DNA of 64,000 bases from the human T2T-CHM13v2.0 reference genome, Homo sapiens, in the NCBI RefSeq assembly GCF_009914755.1, contig NC_060929.1. One strand, written 5' to 3'. A program made the translations under genes and the position numbers. Shown here one piece after another: positions 1 through 11,458 of this stretch. The notes beneath the pieces are model-generated. The model had not been told where the DNA came from and ran no database searches. It was given only the letters and a program-made list of their open reading frames with translations. Each line of letters opens with the position of its first letter. Positions within the stretch are counted from its first letter, which is position 1.

Positions 1-660
1 AGTTCTGTATGGCGAGCAGGTCAGGAAATACCATTAGTAGGTGGGCAATCTGGGCCTTAAGTTTAGCACTAGTGACTTTTCCCATTCATTTCTCCTTGTT
101 AGACAATATCTCTCAGAAGCTAGAGAAATAGTACTTAGTTATTTCTATATCAGAGGCTTTGTATTTTCGTACCTTTCTCTTGAGAATCACTGCAACTCAG
201 TTTCCCATTAGAAAACCAACTGTTTAGAAGAAATATTAGAGGAAAAGCATGGGGAAGTTTTATTAGGTATGAAATTTAATTTAGTTAGACTGCAGTTATA
301 TACATACCTGTTTTTAACATCAAAAAGATTGCATTTGGAAAGAATAAGAATTAGACATTTGACATTGTTCTTATGTGTTGCAAAGCTGTTTTGATATTGC
401 AAATTGACATAGATTTAGCTGGAAATAGTAAGTGGTTATGGATTCTGTGGAAAATATCTCATGGTAAATGGCCTAAGTATGAAAAGAAGAGGATGCTCAT
501 GTTTAAAGACAATATAAGAGGTGAGAAATGTTTAATGTAGAACAAAGAACTAAAGCAATAAAGTAAGGATAAATGCCTATAATTTGGATATTAGAGATTT
601 ACAACTTTATGTCTAAGATATAGGAGAAAAAATATAATTTTTTTTTCTTTATAGATTTTT

Positions 661-1156
661 AGTTGAGACACTTTTGAAAGCAAAGGTCAGATAAACAGGG
701 GAAAAATAGCAATAGTATATTGTACATGCTATACCTGTCACTTGGGAGAGGCCTAAGTTCAAAAGTATTTTTTTCCCAAGGCAGTGGTTTTGGGACCTTG
801 CCTAAATAATGTTTTAACAAAGAGCCATAAATCCTCTAGAGACAAGACAAAGAAGAAAGCACCTTCAGGCTTCCAAAAGGTAGGAAAATGTGGGAGGATA
901 AATTTATGGGAAGAGTGAAGTCTGCTCCTAGATGCTCTGGCACTGCTGTCTCTTAGCTAATTAGCAAGCCTTGTAAAGGGGCCTGTCTTTAGACAAGAAA
1001 AGGCAGAGAGGAAGGGATGAAGACCTCTTGTATTTGTAAATTGCTGTCCTGCCATCAAGCAGGCAGAAGAAGGGACAGAATGGCCCCCTGGTTTTTTTCC
1101 TTCTTCAGCTCAATAATCCTCAGTTTTTTGAGAGAGAAGTATTTTGGTTTCCTTCA
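661..1156 (-). mobile_element. Solo ERV1-class LTR (MER34/MER39-like group)
   Basis: Minus strand begins TGAAGGAAACCAAAATA (1156 leftwards), resembling the start of this LTR group; ~500 bp. Subfamily and left boundary uncertain. Confidence 0.5.
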
Positions 1157-1234
1157 GAGATAAGGAACTTATGCTTGGCTATGCAGGCAAACATATATGA
1201 CTTATAATAATGACTACAAGCAAATGCTCGAGGC

Positions 1235-1252
1235 GTGTGTGTGTGTGTGTGT
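1235..1252. repeat. (GT)9 microsatellite
   Basis: Direct reading. Confidence 0.9.
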
Positions 1253-1329
1253 ATTGAAAGGCTTTTTAAAATCATTATCAGTGAACTTGCAGGATTTATT
1301 TCCTACCCACTACATGTCAGTTACTGCCA

Positions 1330-1750
1330 TAAAACACACAAATGCCCCTGCCCTTCTAGAGCTTAGATTCTAATGGGAGGAGAAAAACAAGAAAAAGTAA
1401 GAGAAATATGTAATATGTTAGATGGTGTTAAGTGTTATGAAGGAGTAAAAAGGGAACAGCCATTCAAAGGAGGTAACACAATTTTGATTAAGGTGTGTAG
1501 AGAGGGCCTCACAGAGGTGATAATGGAGTAAAAATCTGAAGAAGGTCAGAGAATAAGAGACTCCTGCAGATTTCTGGGGGTAGAGTGCTCCAGGAAAAGA
1601 GCAAGTGTGAAGGCCCTGAGGCCGGAGAGATATGTGGCCAGAACAGAAGCTCCATGAGAGCTATGCTTGTCCTTTATTCATGGCTATATCCCCGTGAAGA
1701 AGAGTGTCTGCACATAGGATCTCAAAAACTATTTTGAATCAGTGAATTGT
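1330..1750. mobile_element. L2 LINE fragments (minus-strand piece ~1330-1650, plus-strand 3' end ~1660-1750)
   Basis: L2-like motifs cccctgcccttctagagcttagattctaatggg, gtgtgaaggccctgagg, and tail gcacataggatctcaaaaactattttgaatcagtgaat. Confidence 0.6.
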
Positions 1751-3399
1751 GTAGATGTTTTTTCTAGGATTCTGCTGTGGTTTTTTGTAGGTCTACATTT
1801 TGGCTCCCCGAGGTGTCGTGTCATAAATTCATGAGCTAAAAGAAACAGAAAGAATAGAGTGGAGGGCATCAAATACTCTGGGCTTGAGGTTACCACCACC
1901 CAGCATAGATGGTAGAGGACATCAGCGACCTGAAGAACCCAGAGGCTTCTGGGGAGGATGGGCGGTCACCATCCCTTAGCCTCACTTCTAGGTGGCTCCT
2001 CCACTGTAGTTGTTTTAAATGTGATTGTTTTCTGGAAGCAGCTGGAGCTGACTAGAGTCAGTGAGCATAGGGTTTTACCTTCTGTAAACGAAGCCTGGAA
2101 CTTGTTTTTTATGTCACCTTTTTTTGTGGTTACTCACTTCTTCACATCCTTCCTGCTTTTGACTATTTTCTTGTAATACAAATCTAATCACTTCTCAGAT
2201 GAAAAATCCCGTTGCCTACTGAATTGGTTCAGACACTGAGCATTCAGGTCCTCTGCAGCCTGGCCTCTACTTACTGCAGCCACCTGGCTTCCCGTTGCTC
2301 TTCGTGCCTTTGGACAGGTGGGCCACCCTCCCTACCTGTGGGCTGAGTGACTGCTGACTCAGCTACCATTTATAACATGAGGCTAATGTCACGTATTGCT
2401 GTGTCAGGTCTTTTGCTAAAAACAGACGAAATCCTATTGTGAAAGCCTTTTGAGAACAAAGGCACTCTGTAAACATACCTTGTTATCCTAATGACACTTA
2501 CTCCAACTTGGTTGCAGATTAGGGTTTTAGCAGAGGGAATAGAGAGCAACTTAACAACATAAAGATTTGACCAAGAAGATTAAAAACTGAAATGTTAATA
2601 ATGCCTATTGATAACTACCATGCTGGCTCATAATCAGAACTAAATACTTGGCAGTTTTGCATTATCATATCAGTTGGTGCCAGTTCCTGTGTTAGCCTTT
2701 GACTCTTAGCACATATTTATAACAGTTGTTTAAAAGCCCACTAGTAATCCAAAGGAAGGACTGGTCCATTCAAAACCACTTCTTTAAAGAATTCCCTAAC
2801 CTGATAATAGAAGGATAATCATTGAAGGGAACTGTTGTGGGTATTGATTCAAAGAAAGCTGTACTTACAAAATGTCCAGTGTAATTCCATGCTTATACTA
2901 AAAAAAAAGACCAAAATGACTCAATGAATAAGTACAGAAGCCAGACCTAAGCATTTTGGTTTGGGTTCCTGTTTCTGTGTGCTGGAAGCTTCCAATGTGC
3001 AATAATGGGCTGTTCATTTGGAGAATGCAACTCATTTTTCCCCTTGAAATAATGTCAAAATAGACATAGGTTCCAAGCAAGACCTGAAGTCTGCATTGGC
3101 CTGTATTTAAGTAAGCATATTCCTAACCACCACAGTATTTCATGAGAAATGTGTCTGAAGGCCACCTTAGCATGATAAGGACGCATGTCTTCCTGCCTGA
3201 CCAACTCCTTCAGCACCATGATAGAGAGTGCCCTTGCTTGGCCCTCTGGGCCGCTGTCTAAAGGTTTCTCAATTCTAAACCTCAGTTGGTTTTCTTGACT
3301 CCTGGGATAAGGGGTTATAGATTCGAAGAACAGTGAGGGAGGCGAGTTGCAGGCTGCAGGTATGACAACCCACTGAGGTGGTTCAGCAGTTCCAGCTAC

Positions 3400-3550
3400 T
3401 AGTCCTCAAATTCACTGTGCCCGGATCACACAGGGGAGATTTTAAACATAGAGACTTTTACAGATTTCCAGATCTCTGAGATTCTGATTCTATAGGGCTG
3501 GGGAGGAGAGCCTAGGAATTTGTAATTTTTAAAAATGTTTCTCATGAAAT
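3400..3550 (+). mobile_element. MER5-family hAT-Charlie DNA transposon fragment
   Basis: gagattctgattctatagggctggggaggagagcctaggaatttgtaatttttaa resembles the MER5A core. Confidence 0.7.
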
Positions 3551-5499
3551 TGCTGAGTTATCTCCATTTCCTAAATTAGGAAAGTGAGAGTTAGAGCTAA
3601 GTTAAATGATAAAAATAAAATCACCCAGTGGTAAATGGCAGAATCAGGCGTTCTGAATCTCAGTGCTGTGTGTGGCCTCAGAGGGTAGCATTTGACTTTT
3701 TTAGAATTACTAAATTTGTTTCTAAAAGTCCAAGCTTTCAGGGATTGCTCTATATTAGTAGATGAGTTTACATTTTATATAGACATATCTTGCTTTTAGA
3801 CAGACATATCTTGCTTTTCTGCTTTATATCAATTTTTGGAAAATGATTATATGCCGTATATTTGTATTCAGATGAAAAGGGGAACAAACATCTCTGGAAG
3901 CCCTGCCTCACAGCATGCTGCGTGGCCTTGCCCATTCCAGCCACTATCTACAAACTTACCCATTAGCTTTCCTATTCTGTTGGCCTGTCTTTCAACTCTT
4001 TTCCTTGATCACACCCTTCCCCTACACTATGAAGATCTTGAGATACTAAAAAGAAGCTTCTGTAAAGGTTTGAAACCTAGGGAACATGAACACCACTGAA
4101 ATACACTACATGCAAAAGCCTTGTCATCAGGAAAGGACCATTATTTAAGAAGAAGGGAGATTGGGTAGAGAAGATGCAGGGAGGATCTCATGGGAGGACA
4201 GATGATGAGTCAGGCTTCTGAAGCTGGAGCTGCTGGTTCAGCCTGGAATAGAGGGACAAAGAGGAAGCTGGATAAGCTCAGCTTCATGGAGCCATTCTAC
4301 TTGGAATACTTTAGAAATGTGATATGTAGTTCAGCTTTTTTTTTTTTTTTTAGATTATTTCCACAGCTTTTATATTTAGACATATTTATTTTATATAAAC
4401 ATGATATATATATATATCTTAACTCTTTCTCTATGTAATTTATTTTGATTTGTGTTTAACTGTTTCTTGCAAATAGTTAACCATCATTTCAATATCAGCA
4501 CCACTTACTGAATAAGATTTTCTCTCTCCACTTGTTCATTCTGCCTCTTCTTTTCTTATAAAAGGCAGTTTGAGGATTTTACTTTATTTGTCTTTCTTAT
4601 AAGAATTGATTGGTGCTTTATTGATCTCCCTAGCTTCTGGAAAGGTGAAAATTGTGAGAAAAAAAAATTCCTTTGTTGTACGTATCTCAGAACAGCCATT
4701 TACCTTCCCTTTCTTTCTGTCATTTTATCTTGTTGATCAAAACAGGATAGCTATTATTGGACATTTTAATGAGCACCCTAAAAAATGAATTTCTACTGGT
4801 TATAATACCATCTTAGGACTTATAATGAAGCATGTAATTTTCTAACCTTTCCAGCTGCCAGAATGCACTAGGGATGAGTGTTAGGTATTTTCAAAGAATC
4901 TGAGTGGGTTGGAGAAATTTTCCCACCAGATGTGTAGCCGTGCCTTAATCTATGTGCACCTTACTAACCGTGTGAAGAGGGTGGGGTCCCATGCATCCTG
5001 GAGAATTTGGCCAAAGTTATGGCCCCTCTCTTCCCCACAAACGGTGGTTGCACACATAATGTTTACTACAGTTTCCAAAAGTTTACTGTTTCTTTTGGTG
5101 CGAGAGAGGAATGACATAACTCACATCTTAAGATCTTCAGTAGAGGACTATTCACCTGCTTTTTTCCTTAAAAGAGACTGTCATGTGTGTATAATTTTCA
5201 GAATGGCTCAAATCCTATTTGAAGTGGGGTGAATGGATAGGTGGATAGGTGGTAGATGGAAGGAAATTACAATTTCCAAAGCATGGTTTCTAAATTGATA
5301 TATTTTTTGATAAGTTATAGTTTTATCTCTGCTGGAACCATCAGTCAATACTCTCCTTTTTCAGCCATAAATTGGAGGGGTTACCTCCTTTAGTTTACAG
5401 TATTTTGTTATTTTACATCAAAAATATTTTTTATCTTTTCTCTCCTGGCTAGGTATCTATGAGCACAAATTCATAGCTAGTGCAAAGGTAGGAGAAGGA

Positions 5500-5740
5500 A
5501 GCTGTTAAAAGCTTAAACTTTGGAGTCAGATGTCCTGGGTATGAGCATGTCTCCTTTGCTTTCTAACCATGAGACTTAGAGCAAGTCACTTAACTCTCTG
5601 AGTGTCAGGCTACTCCTTAGTAACATGGAGATGGTAATAATACTCACCTTAGAGATGTTCTGAGGATTGGAGATAATTTTAGTGTTAGTAAAGCACTTAG
5701 AACAGCATGTGGCACATAGTAAGCCCTATGAGTGCTTGAC
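5500..5740 (+). mobile_element. MIR SINE
   Basis: tttggagtcaga...gcaagtcacttaactctctgag...aaagcacttagaacagcatgtggcacatagtaagc. Confidence 0.85.
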
Positions 5741-5857
5741 AAGTAAAGGTTCTCACCTGTGATAGTTCAGTCATGAACAACGGCAGTTGTCACTAATAAT
5801 GAGGTAAAAACATTGCCAGAGTAAATCTTGATGTCACTTTGACTTATTCCTGATATT

Positions 5858-5936
5858 TTAGGTTGGTACAAAAGTAATTGCAGTTTTTGCTATTAAAAGT
5901 AATGGCAAAGCTACAATTACTTTTGCACCAACTTAA
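5858..5936. mobile_element. MADE1 (Hsmar1-derived mariner MITE)
   Basis: ~80-bp palindrome ttaggttggtacaaaagtaattgc...caattacttttgcaccaacttaa, followed by TA. Confidence 0.92.
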
Positions 5937-5979
5937 TACTTTGTTAATAATTCCTCAGATATTTAAAAATAACATATCT

Positions 5980-6210
5980 AAAATTGTCTGTTTGCCAGGC
6001 ATTGTGCCAAGTGCTTTACATGAACTTTATTTAAAGCTCTCACAACAACCCTAAGAAGGTAGGCAATATTTTCATCCCATCTTACAGAATAGGAAAGTAA
6101 CTGACCTAGAGATATGATAGATAACTGTCAAGGGCACACAGCCAGTAATGTGGTCCTGGGAGCACGCTCAGGTGTGTCTGAGTCCAGATGGCTTCTCAGA
6201 ACCTTATACT
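5980..6210 (-). mobile_element. MIR SINE
   Basis: tgccaggcattgtgccaagtgctttaca...ctcacaacaaccctaagaaggtagg...ccccatcttacaga. Confidence 0.85.
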
Positions 6211-7759
6211 GTCTTGCATGGGAACAAGAAGGGAGAGGGAGCACTGAAAATGTGAGGGAATACACTGTCTATTTTTCTTGTGTCTTCAGTAATAATAGGA
6301 CACCTACAGAGGATATCCCATCCATTGGCGGGAGAAGACTAAGGGCTAATCCAGGATCACTGGTGGTCATTGCTATTTGAGTATAAGAGAGAATGCTTTG
6401 TGATAGAGATTTTCTCGTATATTTACATATTTTAATACAAACTTATATATCACCTCAACTATTTCAAAGGTTGTTGTGCGATAAAATGAGTTAATTGATG
6501 AAAAGCATTCTGTACAGGATATGGCACACAGCAAGTGCTCAACAGGTATTAGCAATGACTGATATTGTCACTGCGGTTGACCCTCAGTCTTCAGAGGGAC
6601 TCTTCACAGGTCCAGCTTAGCTTGCTGAATTTATAGAGGTTTACTCAAAGTCACATAAATGGTTCATGGTAGAAAAAATCATTGGTCTGATCCAGCTTTC
6701 TCTAAGCCCAGCTTTATCTGATGGCTTCATTCTGCAAACCAAATCATCTTTCCCCATACTCCACCAAGTTGCTGGAAGAGCCTCAGAGGCCCAGCTTAGT
6801 CTATGAGCTGAATGTTGGTTTTATCCCCTGAATTAAGTTTGCAATGGGTTTTCTCTGTGCAACTTTAGAATACGCCAGCCTTACTTCAGTAATTCAGCCT
6901 CGAAAGTGATCTAATCTGTTTTACAAAGATAGTTACCTACCACAGTGCTTGGCACAATTTCAAAAATTGTAAATTTTCTTCCCCACATCCTCCCATTTTA
7001 TGGGGTCCAGATATTACTAATGCATTAATGAATGTAAAAGCAGTTCTTCCAAAATCTGTTTACTCTCCTAGAGCATACAGTGTGACTGCTTGAAGGTATC
7101 TGTTTTCCTGCATGCATATTCAAGTTAAATTCACAGTTTCCCTACTTTGAAAAACAGTTTTCTTGGAAATAAAATGTCTAGACAGACTTTGAAACTGAAA
7201 AACTGCTGCTTTGCCTCAGGTATTTTTGCTTGAAAACTGATACTTTCATGAATATTTGATTTTTTAAAAACTTGGACAAGATGATTGCTATTTCAGTTCG
7301 TTTTTACAAAAGTGATGTAATTTTAGTTTTGAGAGAAAGTATAACTTTTTCTATCAGTGAAAGTTAATTTTTATGACTTTTATCTCTATTTTTGTATTGT
7401 CGGTTTAAATCTCTTGTAGAATTCAAATGTAGAATTCCAAAGGTGTTTCCCTCCCCACATTTTTTGTCCCCTTCTGTTGCTATAAAGGCCTTACATATTC
7501 ATTATTCCAAGAGCAAATGTGTTGCAGGAATTTTAGCCATGCATGCTATCAAGTGATATGTAAGGATGGACCCATGAGTTAAAATGGACAAATGCTTTAG
7601 GTTAGTAGTGATATGTGCTTTTAAAAGAGCTTAATGAAGAGGGTTTCTAATCTGTTAATCTGAATCCAGACTTTGTTATGACTTTGATGTACGACTCTAG
7701 ACATATAATTTAGGAGTTCCCTGAGTCTTTAGCTACAAAGTTGTAATGTCAAATAAAGG

Positions 7760-8150
7760 AAATTTATGCTAAGGGCTTCCTGTGTGCCAGACATTTGGCC
7801 AGATCTTTGTTAAGCTATTTCATTTCATTTCATCTTCATTTTATGGAAAAGGAAAACCTGGTTTTGCTGAAACCCACAGCTAGTAAATTGCAGAGCAAGG
7901 ATCCAGATCTCCAGCTGTCTGACTCCCCACTCAGGCTCTGAACCACTCTTACTACACAGCTCGTGCACTAGCGCATTCTGCCCTACAAGGCAGTGTGAAG
8001 CTACTTACATAGTATTTTCAACAGGTTAATCCACACAGTGACTCCATGAAGGAAATAATACAAGCATTACCTCCATTTTACAGGCAAGAAAATAGATATT
8101 TAGGAAGAAGAAATTACTATCCTAAGGTTTCACAGTTGGCACATGATAGA
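7760..8150 (-). mobile_element. Two MIR fragments
   Basis: tgtgtgccagacattt...cacagctagtaaattgcagagc; cctccattttacaggcaagaaaa...cctaaggtttcacag. Confidence 0.65.
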
Positions 8151-9495
8151 GTCCTGTTTCTTATTCTTTTGGAGATCTAATGATACCATAAATGAAGGGT
8201 TTTCCTATGTGTTATTTTTATAGTACATGGGCAGGGTGTTTTAAATGTATTGAAATGAATTAGAAATTTTTATCATATGATTTAAAATTGCTGTGTGTAT
8301 CATGTGGTCTTGTGATGACTCAGAATTCCTTAAATGACTCTTCTCTTCCTTCAAACAAAATCTTAGCAGTACCCCTACAAAATATCAGTGTGAAACATCA
8401 TAACATAGGTTATTCCAGCCAAGACTCTGAGGTGAGGACAGCTTTAAACTGTTCAGGCACATTAAAATCAAATCAGTGGTGGAGATTCTGGCAGCTATTC
8501 AGGAAAGATGTCTCTTTAGTACATTAAAAAATCTTATCCCCTAGTGAGGATGATCAGGCGTTTGGGCATATTCCTGTCTGTGGCCAGAGAACAGAGGAAA
8601 GAATCAGTTTTATCACAATGTCAGTGCTGAGCAGCACATGACTCTTTTCAAAAACTGTATGTTTCTTAATTTTTCCAGGGATTTTTAATTCATTTATCAT
8701 AAACACCTTCCAACTTTAGGAAACAAAATTTATTAAGATAATTGTATTTTAAAATATTCAGAGGCCTAAACCATTCATGACATTGATACTTACATGGATA
8801 TGAGAAATTTTATTGCAAGAAAAGGTATACTGACCCTCTTAGCTGACTTGTCATGTTTAGTATTTTTATTTTTGCCTGCCTATCAACAATAGCTTCTGCA
8901 GTATCAATTTAAATGATACATCAAGCTGGTAAATGTGAGCTGGCCTACCAAGTGAAAGCATAACTAAATTTAAATAGCTCTGATATAAAAATAATGAATC
9001 AGTACATCAAAGATTAAGAATGCAGTTAGCAAAAATTAATGTTCAATAAAGAAGCATGTGTGACTTTTAAGTTAGATGGTATGTCATTCAATGACCAGAT
9101 AAGGACTAAGTTCAGGTGCAGTTTATTCAACTGATGTGTGTGTTTGAAAAATAAGACGAAAACATAATGCTTTATTTGAATAAACTTTAATAAAACAATA
9201 TATAATGTATGGACATAAGGAAACCTAAGTCCTCGGGGATTATAGGGGAAACCAAGGCATGAGGTTACCTAACAAGGAACCTTAGAACATAATCTTACCT
9301 GGCTCAGTACAAGTAGGAGAGAATGGTAGCAGGTGAATGGGCAGTGAGCATGGACCTGAGGAGAAATGAATTTGCCTAACTTTCTTGCTAAATAAATGTG
9401 CTTTTGGATGCTGACATCGAGAGAGTGGTGTGTGAAGTACCATAAATATTTGCTTTATTGTCTGCGCGGTGTGACTGCATTCTGCTCATTTGCAG

Positions 9496-9606
9496 GTGGG
9501 CAATGGGCACTCCAATGAGGCAGCCTTGATCCTCCACAGAAAAGGGTTTGATTGTCGGTTCTCTAGCAAAGGCACAGGGCTGTTTTGTTCTACTACTCAG
9601 GGAAAG
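9496..9606 (+). CDS. MAN2A1: Golgi alpha-mannosidase II, penultimate coding exon (phase 0/0)
   Basis: Acceptor tttgcag|GTG, donor AAG|gtaagt; 111 nt = [37 protein letters not shown], matching the C-terminal region of MAN2A1 (GH38) as I recall it. Upstream exons lie outside the window. Confidence 0.96.
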
Positions 9607-9949
9607 GTAAGTTGAAAAGGTTATTTTTGCTTACTGTTAGTGTGCTTTGAAATCCTCTTTCTGCAAAGGATCTTGACAATAAGATCATGTTTCATTGCTT
9701 CTTTACTGTCTCAGTTTCATCAGTCTGCAAATTAGTTTGAATCTCCCCATCTGAAAAATGCACTTTCTCAAAACTTCAGCCTCCTTTCCTTGTTGACATC
9801 AAAAGGCATAGCTGGAATTTATGCACATTTGAAGGCAATGCTCTTGTTATTTCCTAGGCCTTCTATTTCCAGCCTACAAAGTGCCTTGCTCCCAGTCCCC
9901 CAGTTTTCTCCTCCCCTGAACCACACATGCTCACATATCATCTAGTTCA

Positions 9950-10240
9950 GCATTGGTAAACCTAAGTCCTACAGAGGCCAAGGCAAGTTTATAATAACTG
10001 AAGCTTATAGAGGTAGCCATAAAGAAGCAACTGGGAAAATTGAGACTGTAGGCTAGTGGGATAATCCACCCACAGCCCAGGAGGCAGCTGTACGTAGCGC
10101 CAATCAGTTGTTTTCCCTTGGGAAATAAATGTAGGTCTTGGTCTTCTGATTAATGCAGATTTGCATATGAGTCAACACACCGTGCAGGCCAAACAGATCC
10201 TCAGTCTGAACACAGCTTGCTGGCTGCCTATTGCTTATTT
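9950..10240 (+). mobile_element. MER102-like hAT-Charlie element
   Basis: Ends cagcattggtaaacctaagtcctacagaggccaaggcaag and acaccgtgcaggccaaacaga...gctgcctattgc resemble MER102. Confidence 0.6.
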
Positions 10241-11305
10241 CTCTTCAAGTTGGTCTTTCTGGCAGTTCCATCAAGCCTGTCCTTGAAAGGAAACAAACCT
10301 CCAATCTCCTGCCTCTGTCACTGAAAGGGCCATGACTCAGAGAAGGCAGCTGGGCTGATTTAGGTACACAGGCAGGTCTGCCTCACCAGGCAGCTCAGCT
10401 GACCCAGCTTTCCTCCAAAACCTCATAAATAATGCTGTAGACCAGACTCAAGTGATTCAGTTCCAACCCTACAAATTAGCATGTGTGTGGGGTCCAAAAA
10501 GATAAGAAAAATGTGGTAGGAGCCCTGAACCTACTTAGATAGATTAGCTTCTACATTTCTTTTACCCTACCCTGCTTGGAGCTGGTGCCAAGAAAGCACT
10601 GATATTTTTATTACTTTTTTATTATACTGTATTTGCACTCTATTGTATTGTTGATGATCTAAGTTTACTTGGTTCTGAGCATTCTGACATTAAGGCCTTG
10701 AGTCATAAGGGGGTTATACGATCCAGAGAGACAGATAACATGGCAGCGGTGAGGGAAATACTTTCCAAATGACCTGTCCACCTCTATAGACTGGGACTCA
10801 ATGACATAATGATCCCTCCTTGTAGTGAGCCTGTGTGCTCTCTCTTAACTCTGTTGGAACAGGAAAAAGTGGTTGAGGACTACCATTGTTAGGGGTAAGT
10901 ATTGACTAAAAGAGAATGAGGATGTTTTTAAAGCTTCTTGGCCATTGGAGGTCCTTTCTTTTATTGAAAAAGCCCCTGTGCATGATAAAATTCTCAAGCA
11001 ATACAAAAAGGAATGCAGAATATGTTGCTCATGACCATTACTGGTTTCCTGTTCCCTTCCAAGCGTAGTCTGTATGTTCAAGCATGTATATATGTATATT
11101 TAATTCACCCTTTTTTCTGTAAAAGAGAACTTATATATGTATATTTAATAACGTATATGTATATTTAATCCACCCTTTTTTCCTCAAAAGAGAACTTCAA
11201 CATACTGTTTTATTCCTTCTCATACTAATTTTCACAGAATATGTAGTTGTGCTGCTAATCTTCAAAGTTGATCTAAATATGTAAATTTTATCATTTACTT
11301 TTCAG

Positions 11306-11458
11306 ATATTGGTACAGAAACTTTTAAACAAGTTTATTGTCGAAAGTCTCACACCTTCATCACTATCCTTGATGCATTCACCTCCCGGCACTCAGAATAT
11401 AAGTGAGATCAACTTGAGTCCAATGGAAATCAGCACATTCCGAATCCAGTTGAGGTGA
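11306..11458 (+). CDS. MAN2A1: Golgi alpha-mannosidase II, last coding exon including stop
   Basis: Acceptor ttacttttcag|ATA; 153 nt = ILVQKLLNKFIVESLTPSSLSLMHSPPGTQNISEINLSPMEISTFRIQLR-TGA. In frame with the previous exon; ends in the GH38 C-terminal LxPMEIxTF motif. Confidence 0.97.
   Translation: MLVQKLLNKFIVESLTPSSLSLMHSPPGTQNISEINLSPMEISTFRIQLR

Noticed and set aside
4923-4938. CTCF-like CCACCAGATGTGTAGC
   Set aside because: The 3' half deviates from the GGCGC/GGCAG core; match too weak to call.
1-9495. Additional MAN2A1 exons in the first 9.5 kb
   Set aside because: I found no AG/GT-bounded segment translating to GH38-like sequence; read as intron.
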